Shown here: positions 10,539 through 22,345 of the stretch, one piece after another
Position numbering within the stretch: the stretch's first letter is position 1
Layout: each line of letters starts with the position of its first letter
Origin: Acidobacteriota bacterium
GTDB taxonomy: Bacteria > Acidobacteriota > Vicinamibacteria > Fen-336
DNA: 64,000 nt
Reading direction: 5' to 3'
Assembly: GCA_032127875.1 (NCBI GenBank)
Contig: JAQBHI010000051.1
Coordinates: 7,674-71,673 of the forward strand
Translations under genes and position numbers: made by a program
Notes under the pieces: generated by a model
The model's input: only the letters and a program-made list of their open reading frames with translations
Told to the model about the DNA's origin: nothing
The model's database searches: none

Positions 10539-11396
10539 TCAGCGGTGAGCGACGAGCGTGCGCGGGATCGACTGCAGGTCGGGCAGGATCTCGTCGAGCG
10601 TGAAGCCAGCGTGTTGAGCTAGCCGGACGATTTCATCGGCCATGCCCTGGCCGAGCTCCAGCAGCAGGTAGCCGCCGGGCGTGAGCCGCGCGTGCGCCGC
10701 GGGGATCAACCGGCGATAGACCGCGTAGGCATCGCCCGGGGGGAAGAGCGCCAGCGAGGGCTCGTGGTCGCGAACCTCCGGCGCGAGGCTCGGCGCGAGG
10801 GCTGGGTCGAGATACGGCGGGTTGCTGGCGATCAGCTCGAAGCGCCGCCCGCCCACAGGGGCGAGCAGATCGCCCTGGTGAAAGCGCACGCCGGCGGAGA
10901 GACCCAGCCGCGCGGCGTTGTCGCGAGCCACGCTGAGCGCCGCGGCCGATACGTCGGTGGCATGGATCTCGGCTGTCGGCAATTCCGCGGCCAGAGACAG
11001 GGCGATGCAACCGGAGCCCGTGCCGACGTCGACGACCACGGGGTGCTCGAGGTCCCGCAGCCGCGCCAGAGCCGCCTCGACCAGGATCTCCGTTTCGGGC
11101 CGGGGGATGAGGACATCGGGTGTGACGCGGAACTGGAGACGCCAGAAGGCCTGCGTCCCGAGCAGGTGCTGCAGCGGCCGGCGCTTCGCGCGCTCGGCCA
11201 CGAGCGCCTCGAAGCGGGCGAGCGCCTCCAGCGAAATCGAGGCACGGGCTGAAGTGGCGAGCGTCGCGCGGTCCCAGCCGAGCACGTGGCGCAACAAGCG
11301 CTCGGCATCGAGGCCAGCATCGGGCACACTCGCGTGCGCCAGGCGGGCCTGGGCCTGGGTCAGGGCAGCGGCGACGGTGGGGGAGATTTCGGGCAC
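10539..11396 (-). CDS. prmC: Release factor glutamine methyltransferase PrmC/HemK
   Basis: RRPLQHLLG, VLIPRPETE, DVGTGSGCIA, SNPPY; directly downstream of prfA. Confidence 0.96.
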   Translation of the reverse strand: MPEISPTVAAALTQAQARLAHASVPDAGLDAERLLRHVLGWDRATLATSARASISLEALARFEALVAERAKRRPLQHLLGTQAFWRLQFRVTPDVLIPRPETEILVEAALARLRDLEHPVVVDVGTGSGCIALSLAAELPTAEIHATDVSAAALSVARDNAARLGLSAGVRFHQGDLLAPVGGRRFELIASNPPYLDPALAPSLAPEVRDHEPSLALFPPGDAYAVYRRLIPAAHARLTPGGYLLLELGQGMADEIVRLAQHAGFTLDEILPDLQSIPRTLVAHR

Positions 11397-11420
11397 GTGT
11401 GGCGGATTGGCCGCCGCAAT

Positions 11421-12500
11421 CTAGGCCGACTGCTTGAGCTTCTCAGCCTGGTAGTGCGCGATCAGGCTCTGGACGATCTCCTCGAGATCGCCGTCGAGGA
11501 TGTCCTGCAGCCGGTGCAGGGTGAGGCCGATGCGGTGGTCGCTGACGCGCGCCTGCTGGAAGTTGTAGGTGCGGATCTTTTCGCTGCGGTCGCCGCTGCC
11601 CACCTGGCTCTTGCGGTCGCTCGCGATCGCCCGCTGCTGCTCCTCGAGTGCCACCTCGTAGAGACGTGAGCGCAGCACCTTCATCGCCTTCTCGCGGTTC
11701 TTGATCTGGCTCTTTTCGTCCTGGCAGGAGACCACGGTGTTCGTCGGGAGGTGGGTGATGCGCACCGCCGAGTAGGTGGTGTTGACGCTCTGGCCGCCAG
11801 GTCCCGACGAGCAGAAGGTGTCGATACGCAGGTCCTTGGCGTCGACCTTCACGTCCACGTCCTCTGCCTCGGGCAGCACTGCCACCGTGATGGCCGAGGT
11901 GTGGATCCGGCCCGAGGCCTCGGTCGCAGGCACGCGTTGAACGCGGTGCACGCCGCTCTCGTAGCGCAGCTTCGAGTAGACGCGGGCGCCCTCGATCATC
12001 GCGATCACTTCCTTGAGTCCGCCCTGGCCGGTGCGGTTCGTCGAGACCACGTCGATCTTCCAGCCCTGCCGCTCGGCGTAGCGCGAGTACATGCGGAATA
12101 CGTCGGCGGCGAACAGCGCCGCCTCATCGCCGCCGGTGCCGGCACGGATCTCGAGCAGCACGTTCTTCTCGTCGTTCGGGTCGCGCGGAATCAGCAGCAG
12201 GGGGATCTCGGCGTCGAGGGCGTCGCGCTTCGCCTCGAGGGCGCGGACCTCTTCGTGCGCCATCTCGCGCAACTCCGGGTCGGCTTCGGCCCGCGCCATT
12301 TCCTGGACCTTGCTGATCTCGCCCAAGGCACCCTTGTAGGCGCGGTAGCGCTCGACGACAAGCGAGATCTCCTTGGATTCCTTGGCGAGTTTCTGGTACG
12401 CCGCTTGGTCCTGGACGACGGCCGGGTTGGACATCTGGCCTTCGACGACAGCGTAGCGGGCCTCGATGTCCTTCAGCTTCTGGAATGTGATCGCGTCCAT
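11421..12500 (-). CDS. prfA: Peptide chain release factor 1
   Basis: [25 protein letters not shown] (PxT), GPGGQSVN (GGQ), [13 protein letters not shown] at 12500 preferred; TTG at 12506 possible. Confidence 0.97.
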   Translation of the reverse strand: MDAITFQKLKDIEARYAVVEGQMSNPAVVQDQAAYQKLAKESKEISLVVERYRAYKGALGEISKVQEMARAEADPELREMAHEEVRALEAKRDALDAEIPLLLIPRDPNDEKNVLLEIRAGTGGDEAALFAADVFRMYSRYAERQGWKIDVVSTNRTGQGGLKEVIAMIEGARVYSKLRYESGVHRVQRVPATEASGRIHTSAITVAVLPEAEDVDVKVDAKDLRIDTFCSSGPGGQSVNTTYSAVRITHLPTNTVVSCQDEKSQIKNREKAMKVLRSRLYEVALEEQQRAIASDRKSQVGSGDRSEKIRTYNFQQARVSDHRIGLTLHRLQDILDGDLEEIVQSLIAHYQAEKLKQSA

Positions 12501-12556
12501 TACCAATGCCGGGGGGTAACTGTCAACGACGCACCCCCCGGGCCCCCCATACCGCT

Positions 12557-12821
12557 ACGCGGCGGAGTGAATCCGCCGCTCCGCTGCCCGGAGCCCTCGA
12601 GCAGCGACGCGGCCCCCAAGCTCCCCGCGCCGCTACGCGGCGGAGTGAATCCGCCGCTCCGCTGCCAGGAAGCCTCGAGCAACGGCGCGGCCCGCAAGCT
12701 CCCCGTGGCGCCACGCGGCGGAGTGAATCCGCCGCTCCGCTGCCAGGGACCCTCGAGCAGCGACGCGGCCCCCAAGCTCCGCGTGCCGTTACGCGGCGGA
12801 GCGAATCCGCCGCTCCGCTGC
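12557..12821. repeat. Tandem array of four REP-like palindromes, 78-bp period
   Basis: Core ACGCGGCGGA-G(T/C)GAA-TCCGCCGCTCCGCTGC starts at 12557, 12635, 12713 and 12791. Linkers are similar to each other (..CTCGAGCA(G/A)CG(A/G)CGCGGCCC(C/G)CAAGCTCC..). Flanked by hairpins at 12509-12541 and 12821-12834. Confidence 0.95.
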
Positions 12822-12841
12822 TCTCGGCCGAGAGCCATGGC

Positions 12842-13072
12842 TCAGGCCTGAGGGGCGGCGGGCTTGTCCGTGGTCTTGCGGAACTTGCGATTGAAGCGCT
12901 CGATGCGGCCGGCCGAGTCGATCAGCTTCTGGGTGCCCGTGAAGAAGGGATGGCAACTCGAGCAGATCTCGAGGCGCAGCTCTTCGCCCTTGGTGGACCG
13001 CGTCGTCCAGGTCGCGCCGCAGGCGCAGTGGACGTTGACCGTCTTGTATTCCGGATGGATGGCAGCCTTCAT
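12842..13072 (-). CDS. rpmE: 50S ribosomal protein L31, zinc-binding type
   Basis: [45 protein letters not shown]; all four Cys present. Confidence 0.97.
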   Translation of the reverse strand: MKAAIHPEYKTVNVHCACGATWTTRSTKGEELRLEICSSCHPFFTGTQKLIDSAGRIERFNRKFRKTTDKPAAPQA

Positions 13073-13114
13073 CTCGCTCCCCGTACAGGCGATCCTCGCC
13101 GATCGCAAACCCAC

Positions 13115-13143
13115 ATTCTAGCGTAGCGCCGCAAGCGCGGCAA
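13115..13143 (-). promoter_or_regulatory. Sigma70-type promoter for rpmE
   Basis: Minus strand TTGCCG (13143-13138), 17-nt spacer, TAGAAT (13120-13115). Confidence 0.7.
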
Positions 13144-13163
13144 ATCGCCGGGCCGGCAGGGGG

Positions 13164-14441
<1,278 letters not shown>

Positions 14442-14451
14442 GCTGCTCCTC

Positions 14452-15039
14452 TCACGCCCCGTGGGCGAGAGCCGTGGCCCTCACCGTCTTCCAAAGCTCG
14501 CCCATGCCCGCTTTCGTCTCGGCGCTGACCGCGAAGACCGCTTTCGCGTTCTTCCCCAGACCTGCCTCCAGCGCCCGCCGCCTCCTCGCGACCTCGCCGC
14601 GCCCCAGCTTGTCGGCCTTGGTGGCCGCCAGGACGTAGGGCAACTGGTTGTCATCGAGAAAGGCGCGCATCGTGAGGTCGCCCTCCATCGGCTCGTGGCG
14701 CAGGTCCACGAGCAACACGCACAGCGCCAGGCTCTGCCGTCCCACCAGATACGAAACTGCCAGCGATTCCCATTCGCGCCGCATCAACTCGGGCACCTTT
14801 GCGTAGCCGTATCCCGGCAAGTCCGCCAGGTAAAGTTCGTTCCCAACCCGGAAGAAATTCACGAAGCGGGTGCGCCCCGGCGTCGCCGAAACCCTGGCCA
14901 GCCCCCGAATGCCCGCGAGGGCGTTCAGGAGGCTGCTCTTGCCCACGTTCGAGCGGCCCACGAAAGCCACTTCCGGCAAGCCGTCCCCGGGGAACTGCGC
15001 CGGCTTCGCGGCGCTCCCGGTGAACACGACCTCGGTCAG
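14452..15039 (-). CDS. engB: Ribosome biogenesis GTPase EngB/YihA/YsxC
   Basis: [37 protein letters not shown]. Start uncertain: CTG at 15039 overlapping the lon stop, or GTG at 15027. Confidence 0.93.
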   Translation of the reverse strand: MTEVVFTGSAAKPAQFPGDGLPEVAFVGRSNVGKSSLLNALAGIRGLARVSATPGRTRFVNFFRVGNELYLADLPGYGYAKVPELMRREWESLAVSYLVGRQSLALCVLLVDLRHEPMEGDLTMRAFLDDNQLPYVLAATKADKLGRGEVARRRRALEAGLGKNAKAVFAVSAETKAGMGELWKTVRATALAHGA

Positions 15040-17447
15040 TGGGTCATCCCATCCTGCACGGGACCCGGTTCCTCGGCCGACACCGCGACCTCGGGCTGGG
15101 CCGGGGCGTCGGGCGGGACCAGGGCGATCTTCAGCACCTCGTCGATGTGCTCGGCGAGGATCACCTCCATCGCCTCGATCACGGCCTGGGGCACGTCGGC
15201 CAGGTCCTTTTCGTTTTCGCGGGGCAGGATGATCGTCGTGACGCCGATGCGGTGGGCCGCGAGCAGCTTCTCCTTTACGCCGCCAATCGGCAGCACCTTG
15301 CCGCGTAGCGTGATCTCGCCGGTCATCGCCACGTCGCGCCGCACCGGCCTGTGCGAGAGCGCCGACACCAGTGCGGTGCAGATGGTGATGCCCGCGGACG
15401 GGCCGTCCTTCGGGATCGCCCCCTCGGGCACGTGGATATGGATGTCGAGGCGGCGGTTGAAGTCTCTCGGGATGCCGTAAAGCTCGGCTCGCGAGCGCAC
15501 GAACGAGAGCGCGGCATGCGCCGATTCCTGCATCACGTCGCCGAGCTTGCCGGTCAGGCGCAGGGCGCCCTTGCCGGGCATCAGCGTGACCTCGATCGGC
15601 AGGATCTCGCCGCCGACCTCGGTCCAGGCGAGGCCCGTGGCCGTCCCGATCTCGTTGCGCTCTTCCTGGCGCGCGGCGCGGTAGCGAGGGATGCCGAGAT
15701 ATTCCGAGAGGTTCTCGGCCGTCACTGCGGCGCTCCACTCCTTGCCCTCGAGCACCACCTTGCGCGCGGCCTTGCGGCAGATCGTCGAGATCTCGCGCTC
15801 CAGGTTGCGCACCCCGGCTTCGCGGGTGTAGCGGCGGATCAACTCGCGCAGCGCTTCGTCGGCGATCGTGAGATTCGCCTTGGTCAGGCCGTTGGACTTG
15901 ACCTGTTTGGCGATCAGGTGGCGCTTCGCGATCTCGACCTTCTCGGGCTCGGTGTAGCCGGGCAGGCGGATCACCTCCAGGCGGTCGTGCAGCGCCTGTG
16001 GGATGGTGTGGAGCACGTTGGCCGTGGCGATGAAGAACACCGACGACAAGTCGAATTCGACGTCGAGGTAGTGGTCGGTGAAGCTGTGGTTCTGCTCGGG
16101 GTCCAGCACCTCGAGCAGCGCCGCCGAGGGGTCGCCGCGGAAGTCCATCGACATCTTGTCCACTTCGTCGAGCAGGAACACCGGGTTCCGGCTGCCGGCC
16201 TTCTTCATCATCTGGATGATCTGGCCGGGGAAGGCGCCGATATAGGTGCGGCGATGCCCGCGGACCTCGGCCTCGTCGCGCACGCCGCCCAGCGACAGCC
16301 GCACGAACTTGCGGTTGGTGCAGCGCGCGATCGACTTGGCGAGCGAGGTCTTGCCGACGCCGGGCGGGCCGACGAAGCACAGGATCGGACCCTTCGGGTT
16401 GTTGACGAGCTGGCGCACGGCGAGGAACTCGACGATGCGCTCCTTCACCTTCTCGAGGCCGTAGTGGTCGTCGTTCAGGATCTTCTCGGCGGCCTTCAGG
16501 TCCTTGCGCTCCCGGGTTTTCTTCTGCCACGGCACCGCGATCAGCCAGTCGAGGTAGTTGCGCGAGACCGTCGCCTCGGCGGACATCGGGGGCATCGACT
16601 CGAGCCGCTTCAGCTCCTGGAGCGCCTTCTCCTCGGCATCCTTGCTCATGCGCGAGAGTTCGATCTTGTGGCGCAGCTCCTCGATCTCGGACAGGCGATC
16701 GTCCTTCCGGCCCAGCTCCTTCTGGATCGCCTTCATCTTCTCGTTGAGGTAGTACTCCTTCTGCGCACGCTCCATCTGCTTCTTGACGCGGCCCTGGATC
16801 CGCTTGTCGACCTGCAGCTTGTCCACCTCGCCCTCGAGGATCGCGGCGATGCGGTTGAGACGCTCCAGCGGCGAGAAGATCTCGAGCAGGTTCTGCTTTT
16901 GCTCGACCGGCAGCACCAGGTGCGAGGAGATCGTGTCGGCCAGCTTGCCGGGGTCCTCGACCCGCACCGCGGCCAGCATCGCATCGTAGTGCAGGTTGTT
17001 CGAGAGCTTCACGTACTGCTCGAACATGCCGATCACCCTGGACATCACGGCTTCGACGCCGCCGGCCTCCTCGGCCTGGCGCGGGATCAGCTTCACCACC
17101 ACCTTGAGAAAGCCCTGTTCTTCCTTGAACTCGAGGGCGCGCCCGCGATCGACACCCTCCACGAGCACCTTCACGTTGCCGTCTGGCAGCTTCAGGCTCT
17201 GGACGATGTTGCAGATCGTGCCGAGCGTGAAGATCTCCTCAGGGGTCGGGTTGTCGTGGGTCGCGTCGTGCTGCGCCGAGAGGAAGATCCGCTTGCCCTT
17301 GACGAGCGCGTAATCGAGCGCCTTGATCGAGCTGGGCCGCCCGATCACGAAGGGGATCATCATGTGCGGGAACACGACGACGTCCCGCAGCGGGACCATC
17401 GGCAGCGTTTCGATCACGTCGATCTTGTCCCTTTCACGGCCAAACAT
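15036..17447 (-). CDS. lon: ATP-dependent protease La (Lon)
   Basis: N-domain [13 protein letters not shown], Walker [17 protein letters not shown], catalytic PKDGPSAG and GGVKEK. Confidence 0.98.
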   Translation of the reverse strand: MFGRERDKIDVIETLPMVPLRDVVVFPHMMIPFVIGRPSSIKALDYALVKGKRIFLSAQHDATHDNPTPEEIFTLGTICNIVQSLKLPDGNVKVLVEGVDRGRALEFKEEQGFLKVVVKLIPRQAEEAGGVEAVMSRVIGMFEQYVKLSNNLHYDAMLAAVRVEDPGKLADTISSHLVLPVEQKQNLLEIFSPLERLNRIAAILEGEVDKLQVDKRIQGRVKKQMERAQKEYYLNEKMKAIQKELGRKDDRLSEIEELRHKIELSRMSKDAEEKALQELKRLESMPPMSAEATVSRNYLDWLIAVPWQKKTRERKDLKAAEKILNDDHYGLEKVKERIVEFLAVRQLVNNPKGPILCFVGPPGVGKTSLAKSIARCTNRKFVRLSLGGVRDEAEVRGHRRTYIGAFPGQIIQMMKKAGSRNPVFLLDEVDKMSMDFRGDPSAALLEVLDPEQNHSFTDHYLDVEFDLSSVFFIATANVLHTIPQALHDRLEVIRLPGYTEPEKVEIAKRHLIAKQVKSNGLTKANLTIADEALRELIRRYTREAGVRNLEREISTICRKAARKVVLEGKEWSAAVTAENLSEYLGIPRYRAARQEERNEIGTATGLAWTEVGGEILPIEVTLMPGKGALRLTGKLGDVMQESAHAALSFVRSRAELYGIPRDFNRRLDIHIHVPEGAIPKDGPSAGITICTALVSALSHRPVRRDVAMTGEITLRGKVLPIGGVKEKLLAAHRIGVTTIILPRENEKDLADVPQAVIEAMEVILAEHIDEVLKIALVPPDAPAQPEVAVSAEEPGPVQDGMTH

Positions 17448-17501
17448 GCTTCCTATTATCGCCGCAGATGGCAGTTCTACGAGAACCGCCGTGGTGGCCG
17501 C

Positions 17502-18761
17502 CTAGCCGACCTTCTCGATCATGGTGATGGGCTTTTCGCGGTCGAGCACGACTTCGCGGGTGACCACGCACTCCCTGACCTTCTTCATCGAGGGCAGGTT
17601 GTACATCAGGTCGAGCATCAGCTCCTCGATGATCATCCGCAGCCCGCGCGCGCCGATCTTGCGCTGGATCGCCTGGTCGGCGATCGCGTCGAGCGCGTCG
17701 TCGGTGAAGCGCAGCTTGACGCTCTCGTAGTCGAACATGCGCTGGTACTGGCGGATGATGGCGTTCTTCGGGGCCGTCAGGATCTCGACCAGGGCGGGGC
17801 GGTCGAGGGCGTGCAGCGTCGCCACGACGGGCAGACGGCCGACGAACTCGGGGATCAGGCCGTAGCGGATCAGGTCCTGCGGCTGGGACTGGGAGAGCAG
17901 CGCCGCACGGGCCGCGGGCGAGCCGGAAACCGGCGCCGAGGCGGCCTTGGCGTCGGTGCGGAAGCCCAGTGTCTTCTTGCCCACGCGCCGCTCGACAACC
18001 TTTTCGAGGCCCACGAAAGCGCCGCCGCAGATGAACAGGATGTTCGTCGTGTCGATCTGATAGAACTCCTGGTGCGGGTGCTTGCGGCCGCCCTGGGGCG
18101 GCACGTTCGCCACAGTGCCCTCGAGGATCTTCAGCAGCGCCTGCTGCACCCCTTCGCCGGACACGTCGCGGGTGATCGAAGGGTTCTCGTCCTTGCGCGA
18201 GATCTTGTCGATCTCGTCGATGTAGATGATGCCCTCCTGGCACTTCTCGATATCCCCGTTGGCCGCCTGCAGCAGCTTCAGGATGATGTTCTCGACGTCC
18301 TCGCCGACGTATCCGGCCTCGGTCAGAGTGGTCGCATCCACGATCGTGAAGGGCACCGAGAGCAGCCGCGCCAGAGTCTGAGCCATCAGCGTCTTGCCGG
18401 TGCCTGTGGGGCCGATCAGCAGGATGTTCGACTTGGTGAGCTCGACCTCGGCTTTGCCCTTCTGCTTGCTGATCTCGATGCGCTTGTAGTGGTTGTAGAC
18501 GGCGACCGCCAGCTTCTTCTTGGCCTGGTCCTGGCCGATCACGTACTCGTCGAGAAACTTCTTGATCTCGTGCGGCGTGGGCAGCGTCGACTTGTAGGTC
18601 TTGCCCTCGACGCGGCGATCGTCGGCGATGATGTCGTTACAGACATCGACGCACTCGTCGCAGATGAAGACGGTGGGGCCCGCGATCAGCTTGCGGACGT
18701 CGTTCTGATCCTTGTTGCAAAAGGAACAGCGCAGCGTCTCGCTATCGCCGGTCTTCTTCAT
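17502..18761 (-). CDS. clpX: ATP-dependent Clp protease ATPase ClpX
   Basis: Zn finger [39 protein letters not shown]. Confidence 0.98.
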   Translation of the reverse strand: MKKTGDSETLRCSFCNKDQNDVRKLIAGPTVFICDECVDVCNDIIADDRRVEGKTYKSTLPTPHEIKKFLDEYVIGQDQAKKKLAVAVYNHYKRIEISKQKGKAEVELTKSNILLIGPTGTGKTLMAQTLARLLSVPFTIVDATTLTEAGYVGEDVENIILKLLQAANGDIEKCQEGIIYIDEIDKISRKDENPSITRDVSGEGVQQALLKILEGTVANVPPQGGRKHPHQEFYQIDTTNILFICGGAFVGLEKVVERRVGKKTLGFRTDAKAASAPVSGSPAARAALLSQSQPQDLIRYGLIPEFVGRLPVVATLHALDRPALVEILTAPKNAIIRQYQRMFDYESVKLRFTDDALDAIADQAIQRKIGARGLRMIIEELMLDLMYNLPSMKKVRECVVTREVVLDREKPITMIEKVG

Positions 18762-18780
18762 TCGGGCTCGCCGTTGTTGC

Positions 18781-19386
18781 TCATTTTTCGCGGCGGCTGA
18801 TCACCTGGTCCACGATACCATAATCCCTCGCCTGGGCTGCATCCATGATGAAGTCGCGGTCGGCGTCCTGGGCCAGCTTCTCGATCGGCTGCTTGGTGTG
18901 GAAGGCCAGGATCTCGTTGATGCGGTCCTTGATCCGCAGGATCTCCTTGGCCTGGATGGCGATGTCGGAGGCCTGGCCCTGGGCTCCGCCCCAGGGCTGG
19001 TGGATCAGGATGCGGGAGTTGGGGAGCGCGAAGCGCTTGCCGGCCGTGCCAGCCGCCAGCAGCACCGCGCCGAACGAGGCGGCCTGCCCGACGCAGATCG
19101 TCTGCACGTCGGGCCGGATCAACTGCATCGTGTCGTAGATGGCCATTCCTGCGGTGGTCACGCCGCCGGGGCTATTGATGTAGACGTGGATGTCCTTCTC
19201 CGGGTCCTCGGCCTCGAGGAACAACAATTGCGCGATGATCAGGTTCGCGACCATGTCGTCGATCGCGGTCCCGATGAAGACGATGTTGTCCTTCAGCAGG
19301 CGCGAGTAGATGTCGTAGGCGCGCTCTCCACGGGCCGTCTGTTCGACGACCATGGGTACGAGAGTACCCGCGCTAGGCGCGCTCAT
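18781..19386 (-). CDS. clpP: Clp protease proteolytic subunit ClpP
   Basis: [25 protein letters not shown] (Ser), IHQP (His), DRD (Asp). Confidence 0.98.
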   Translation of the reverse strand: MSAPSAGTLVPMVVEQTARGERAYDIYSRLLKDNIVFIGTAIDDMVANLIIAQLLFLEAEDPEKDIHVYINSPGGVTTAGMAIYDTMQLIRPDVQTICVGQAASFGAVLLAAGTAGKRFALPNSRILIHQPWGGAQGQASDIAIQAKEILRIKDRINEILAFHTKQPIEKLAQDADRDFIMDAAQARDYGIVDQVISRREK

Positions 19387-20657
19387 TCGAGTTCCAGAAT
19401 AGCATCCGCCTTGATCAAGTCAAGGGTCTTCTCCTCGCGAATGCGCGCGCGCAGCGAGGCCAGATCGCCCTCCTTCTCCATCTGGGCGCGGAGCGCCTCC
19501 TTCGAGCGGCGCACGCGTTCGGCGAGCCGGGCGACTTCCCTGTCGATCTCCTCGTCGCTGGCGTCGAGGCCCGCGCGGCGGGCGATTTCGTCGAGCAGGA
19601 TGTCGGCCTTGGCCGCCTTTACCGAGTCCTCGCGCTGCTTCTCGCGGTATTCGCGCCAGTCCATCTCGATCTTCGAAGGGTCGATACCCTGCATCGCCAG
19701 GCTGCGAGCCGCCTGCTCGGTGCGCGCCGTCATGTGGCGCTCGACGAGCGCCTCGGGCACTTCGAAGCTGGCACGCCCGACCAGGCTCTCGACCAGCTGC
19801 GCCTTCAGCTCGCGGTCGACACGTCGCTCCTCGCTCTTCAGCAGCTTCTCGCGGATGTCGCCGCGCAGTGCCAGCAGGGAGTCGAAGTCGAGGTCCTTCG
19901 CGAACTCGTCGTCGGCCGGCGGCACTACCTTGGCCTTGAGCGCCTTGAGCGTGACCGTGTAGTGCAGCGTCTGGCCGGCCAGGCTCTTTGCCGGATGGTC
20001 GGCGGCGTAGCTCACGACGATGTCCTTCGTCTCGCCGACGCTCATCGCGGCCAGGCCCGCGTTGAAGTCGGCGTGGTTGTCCGAGGAGCCGATCTCGACG
20101 AGTGCGTTCTCGTCCCGCCCGCCGCGGCCCCCCGCCGCGGGCCGCCATGCCAGGTCGAGCGCCGAGTAGTCGCCGTTCTGCGCGGGCCGCCCCTCGATGG
20201 GGTCGAAGCGGGCGGCGTCCTCGCGCAGCCGGGCCAGCTCCTGGTCCACCGTTTCACTGGAGATCTCGGCCTTCTTCGCTTTCGCGCGCAGGCCCTTGTA
20301 GTCGGGGGCTTCGAGGATCGGCAGCGTCTCGAAGACCGCTTTGAAGGTCATCGGCTGGTTCTCGTCGATCTTGAGCTGGGTCACCTGCGGGCTTGCGAGT
20401 GGCCGCAGGCCACGGCCCTCGATCTCGTCGAAGACCACGCGGTTCACGATCGCCTCGGCGACGTCCTCCATGACCTGGGCGCGGAATCGCTTTTTGATCA
20501 CGTCGGGCGGGATCTTGCCTGGCCGGAAGCCGGGGACGCGGGCCTTCTTCGCGTAGTCGCGGGCCTTGACCTCGATTTCCTTCTCGACGACCTCGGCTTC
20601 GATCTCGAAGGCGAGCGCCTTGCGAACCGAGGTTTCCTCGACGTACTCGACTTTCAA
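19383..20657 (-). CDS. tig: Trigger factor
   Basis: [10 protein letters not shown] ribosome-binding signature, FKBP-like middle domain, canonical tig-clpP-clpX-lon order. TTG start. Confidence 0.95.
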   Translation of the reverse strand: MKVEYVEETSVRKALAFEIEAEVVEKEIEVKARDYAKKARVPGFRPGKIPPDVIKKRFRAQVMEDVAEAIVNRVVFDEIEGRGLRPLASPQVTQLKIDENQPMTFKAVFETLPILEAPDYKGLRAKAKKAEISSETVDQELARLREDAARFDPIEGRPAQNGDYSALDLAWRPAAGGRGGRDENALVEIGSSDNHADFNAGLAAMSVGETKDIVVSYAADHPAKSLAGQTLHYTVTLKALKAKVVPPADDEFAKDLDFDSLLALRGDIREKLLKSEERRVDRELKAQLVESLVGRASFEVPEALVERHMTARTEQAARSLAMQGIDPSKIEMDWREYREKQREDSVKAAKADILLDEIARRAGLDASDEEIDREVARLAERVRRSKEALRAQMEKEGDLASLRARIREEKTLDLIKADAILELE

Positions 20658-20669
20658 GGCGTCCTACCT

Positions 20670-20707
20670 CTGCAAAAATGAAGATGGGGCCGGCCCCTCC
20701 CGGCCCC
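20670..20707 (-). terminator. GC-rich hairpin plus U-rich tract in the tig leader
   Basis: Minus strand GGGGCCGG-GAGGGG-CCGGCCCC followed by ATCTTCATTTTTG. Confidence 0.45.
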
Positions 20708-20755
20708 GCCACGTCTTTGCCGACCCTCAAGAATAGCACGTGAGCCGGCTGCGGC

Positions 20756-22171
20756 TCATTCGGCGGCCGGCGTCGCCTGCACCTCGTGGTACTCCTCCTC
20801 GGTGTTGACGCCCCAGACGTCGAGCTTCTCGCCGAGGATGTTGCGGACCGCGTACAGGGCTGTCAGCATGGCGTGGTCCTGGTTGTTGTACTTGTGCAAG
20901 CCGTTGCGCCCGACCATCTGCAGGTTCTCGAACTGCAGCAGCCAGTCGCGCAGCCGGTCGAGGTGCGTCCGGTAGGCGGGGTCGTAGACGGGGTAGGCCT
21001 TTTTCTGGCGCACCACGGTGGCGTCGAAGATGTCGTCCGCCTGAGCGAAGCCGAGCTTGACGATCTCGTGGCGTGCCAGCCTCTGGAGTTCCTCGTCGCT
21101 GCGCGACCAGAGCAGGTCGCCCTCGTTGCAGAAGTACTCGAGGCCCAGGCAGGTCGTCTCGGCGTCGGGCACCATCGCAGCACTCCAATTGCGAAAATTC
21201 TGGATCCGGCCGACCTGCACCTCGGGGGTGTGGATGTAGATCCAGTTGTCCGGGAACAGCCTGGGCTTGTGGATCATCACGGCAACCATGATGAAGTCGC
21301 GGTAGCGCAGCGCACGCGCGTGGTCCTGGATCTCGTCCGGCGCGGGCGGGTCGAGACCCAGGATCAGCTCGGGCAGCGGCATGCTGGCTATGAAGTCGGT
21401 GCCCTCGTGGAGCTCCTCGCGCCCGGCGTGCCGCGCGAGGACGGCGTCGACACGAAAGCCGGTACGGCGCAGGCCGACTACGCTGTGCTCGAGCAGCAGC
21501 TTTTGCCCATCGGCCTCGAGGATGGCGGCCATCTTTTCCCACAGCATCCCGGGACCCTTCTCGGGATACTCGAACTCCTCGATCAGGCTCCGGTGCTGGC
21601 TCTTGCGGCCGGGCAGGACCGCGCTCTTCAAGGCGCCCCACAGCGTCAGCGTCTTGATGCGCTGTGCCGCCCACTCGGCGCGGATCTCGGTGCAGGGCAG
21701 TCCCCAGACCTTCTCGGTGTAGGTCTTGAAGAACATGAGGAACAGCCGCCGCCCGAAGCGGTTCGACATCCAGTTCTCGAGGTTCTCCTCCGGCCGCAGC
21801 GGGAACAGCTTCTTGCGCACGTACGAGAGCACGACCCATGTGCTTTCGAAGAGCCCGAGCTGCGAGAGCGCTTGGAACGGTTTCAGCGGGTATTGGAAGA
21901 ACTTGCCACGGTAAAGGATTCGAGACAGCCGCCGCACGCGCAGGAAGCGCTCCTGCATGACCTCGCGCCAGATCCGCTGCACCTCGGGGATCTTCGTGAA
22001 GAAGCGGTGCCCGCCGACGTCGAACAAGTAACCGTCGTGGCGGACGGTGCGTGCGTGCCCGCCGACCTGATGGTCCTGCTCCAGCACCTCGGAGGAGACG
22101 CCGGCCTTCATCAAGGCGTAGGCTGCGGTCAAGCCGGCGGGACCGCCGCCGATTATCACGACCTGTCTCAT
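20756..22171 (-). CDS. NAD(P)/FAD-dependent oxidoreductase (UDP-galactopyranose mutase/HemY-like, glycan-associated family)
   Basis: GGGPAGLTAAY dinucleotide motif, DVGGHRFFTK, FKTYTEKVWG, WIYIH, GRNGLHKYNNQDHAM. Confidence 0.85.
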   Translation of the reverse strand: MRQVVIIGGGPAGLTAAYALMKAGVSSEVLEQDHQVGGHARTVRHDGYLFDVGGHRFFTKIPEVQRIWREVMQERFLRVRRLSRILYRGKFFQYPLKPFQALSQLGLFESTWVVLSYVRKKLFPLRPEENLENWMSNRFGRRLFLMFFKTYTEKVWGLPCTEIRAEWAAQRIKTLTLWGALKSAVLPGRKSQHRSLIEEFEYPEKGPGMLWEKMAAILEADGQKLLLEHSVVGLRRTGFRVDAVLARHAGREELHEGTDFIASMPLPELILGLDPPAPDEIQDHARALRYRDFIMVAVMIHKPRLFPDNWIYIHTPEVQVGRIQNFRNWSAAMVPDAETTCLGLEYFCNEGDLLWSRSDEELQRLARHEIVKLGFAQADDIFDATVVRQKKAYPVYDPAYRTHLDRLRDWLLQFENLQMVGRNGLHKYNNQDHAMLTALYAVRNILGEKLDVWGVNTEEEYHEVQATPAAE

Positions 22172-22176
22172 AAGTT

Positions 22177-22261
22177 TGGTGCGGGCGGAGGGACTTGAAC
22201 CCCCACGGGTTTCCCCACCTGATCCTAAGTCAGGCGCCTATGCCAATTCGGCTACGCCCGC
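22177..22261 (-). tRNA. tRNA-Leu (anticodon TAG), CCA encoded
   Basis: GCGGGCG/CGCCCGC acceptor stem, D-arm TAGCCGAATTGGCATAGGC, anticodon arm CCTGA-CTTAGGA-TCAGG, long variable arm, GGTTCAAGTCC T-loop, ACCA end; 85 nt. Confidence 0.97.
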
Positions 22262-22345
22262 GCTCGAAGTGAAGTCCAAAGCTTATCGTGCGCGCAGCGG
22301 CGCGGGCAAGAAGGGCACGGCCAGGATAGAATCCCGCCAATCTCA

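Noticed and set aside
11421-12506. Programmed frameshift in the release factor gene
   Set aside because: The gene is RF1 (PxT motif) and continuous. The +1 frameshift is a prfB feature, and no CTT-TGA site is present.
12557-12821. CRISPR array (31-bp palindromic repeat with ~47-bp spacers)
   Set aside because: The spacers are homologous to one another, there are only four units, there is no AT-rich leader, and no cas genes are in the window. It is a tandem REP-like repeat.
15351-18800. 1149-aa plus-strand ORF and other long antisense ORFs (e.g. 583..1524, 5677..7731, 33606..34589, 47143..48804)
   Set aside because: They are shadows of well-supported opposite-strand genes. High GC3 keeps antisense frames open, and they have no family motifs.
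22177-22261. Integrative element/prophage attached at tRNA-Leu
   Set aside because: No integrase, no duplicated tRNA 3' end and no phage genes were seen in the window.
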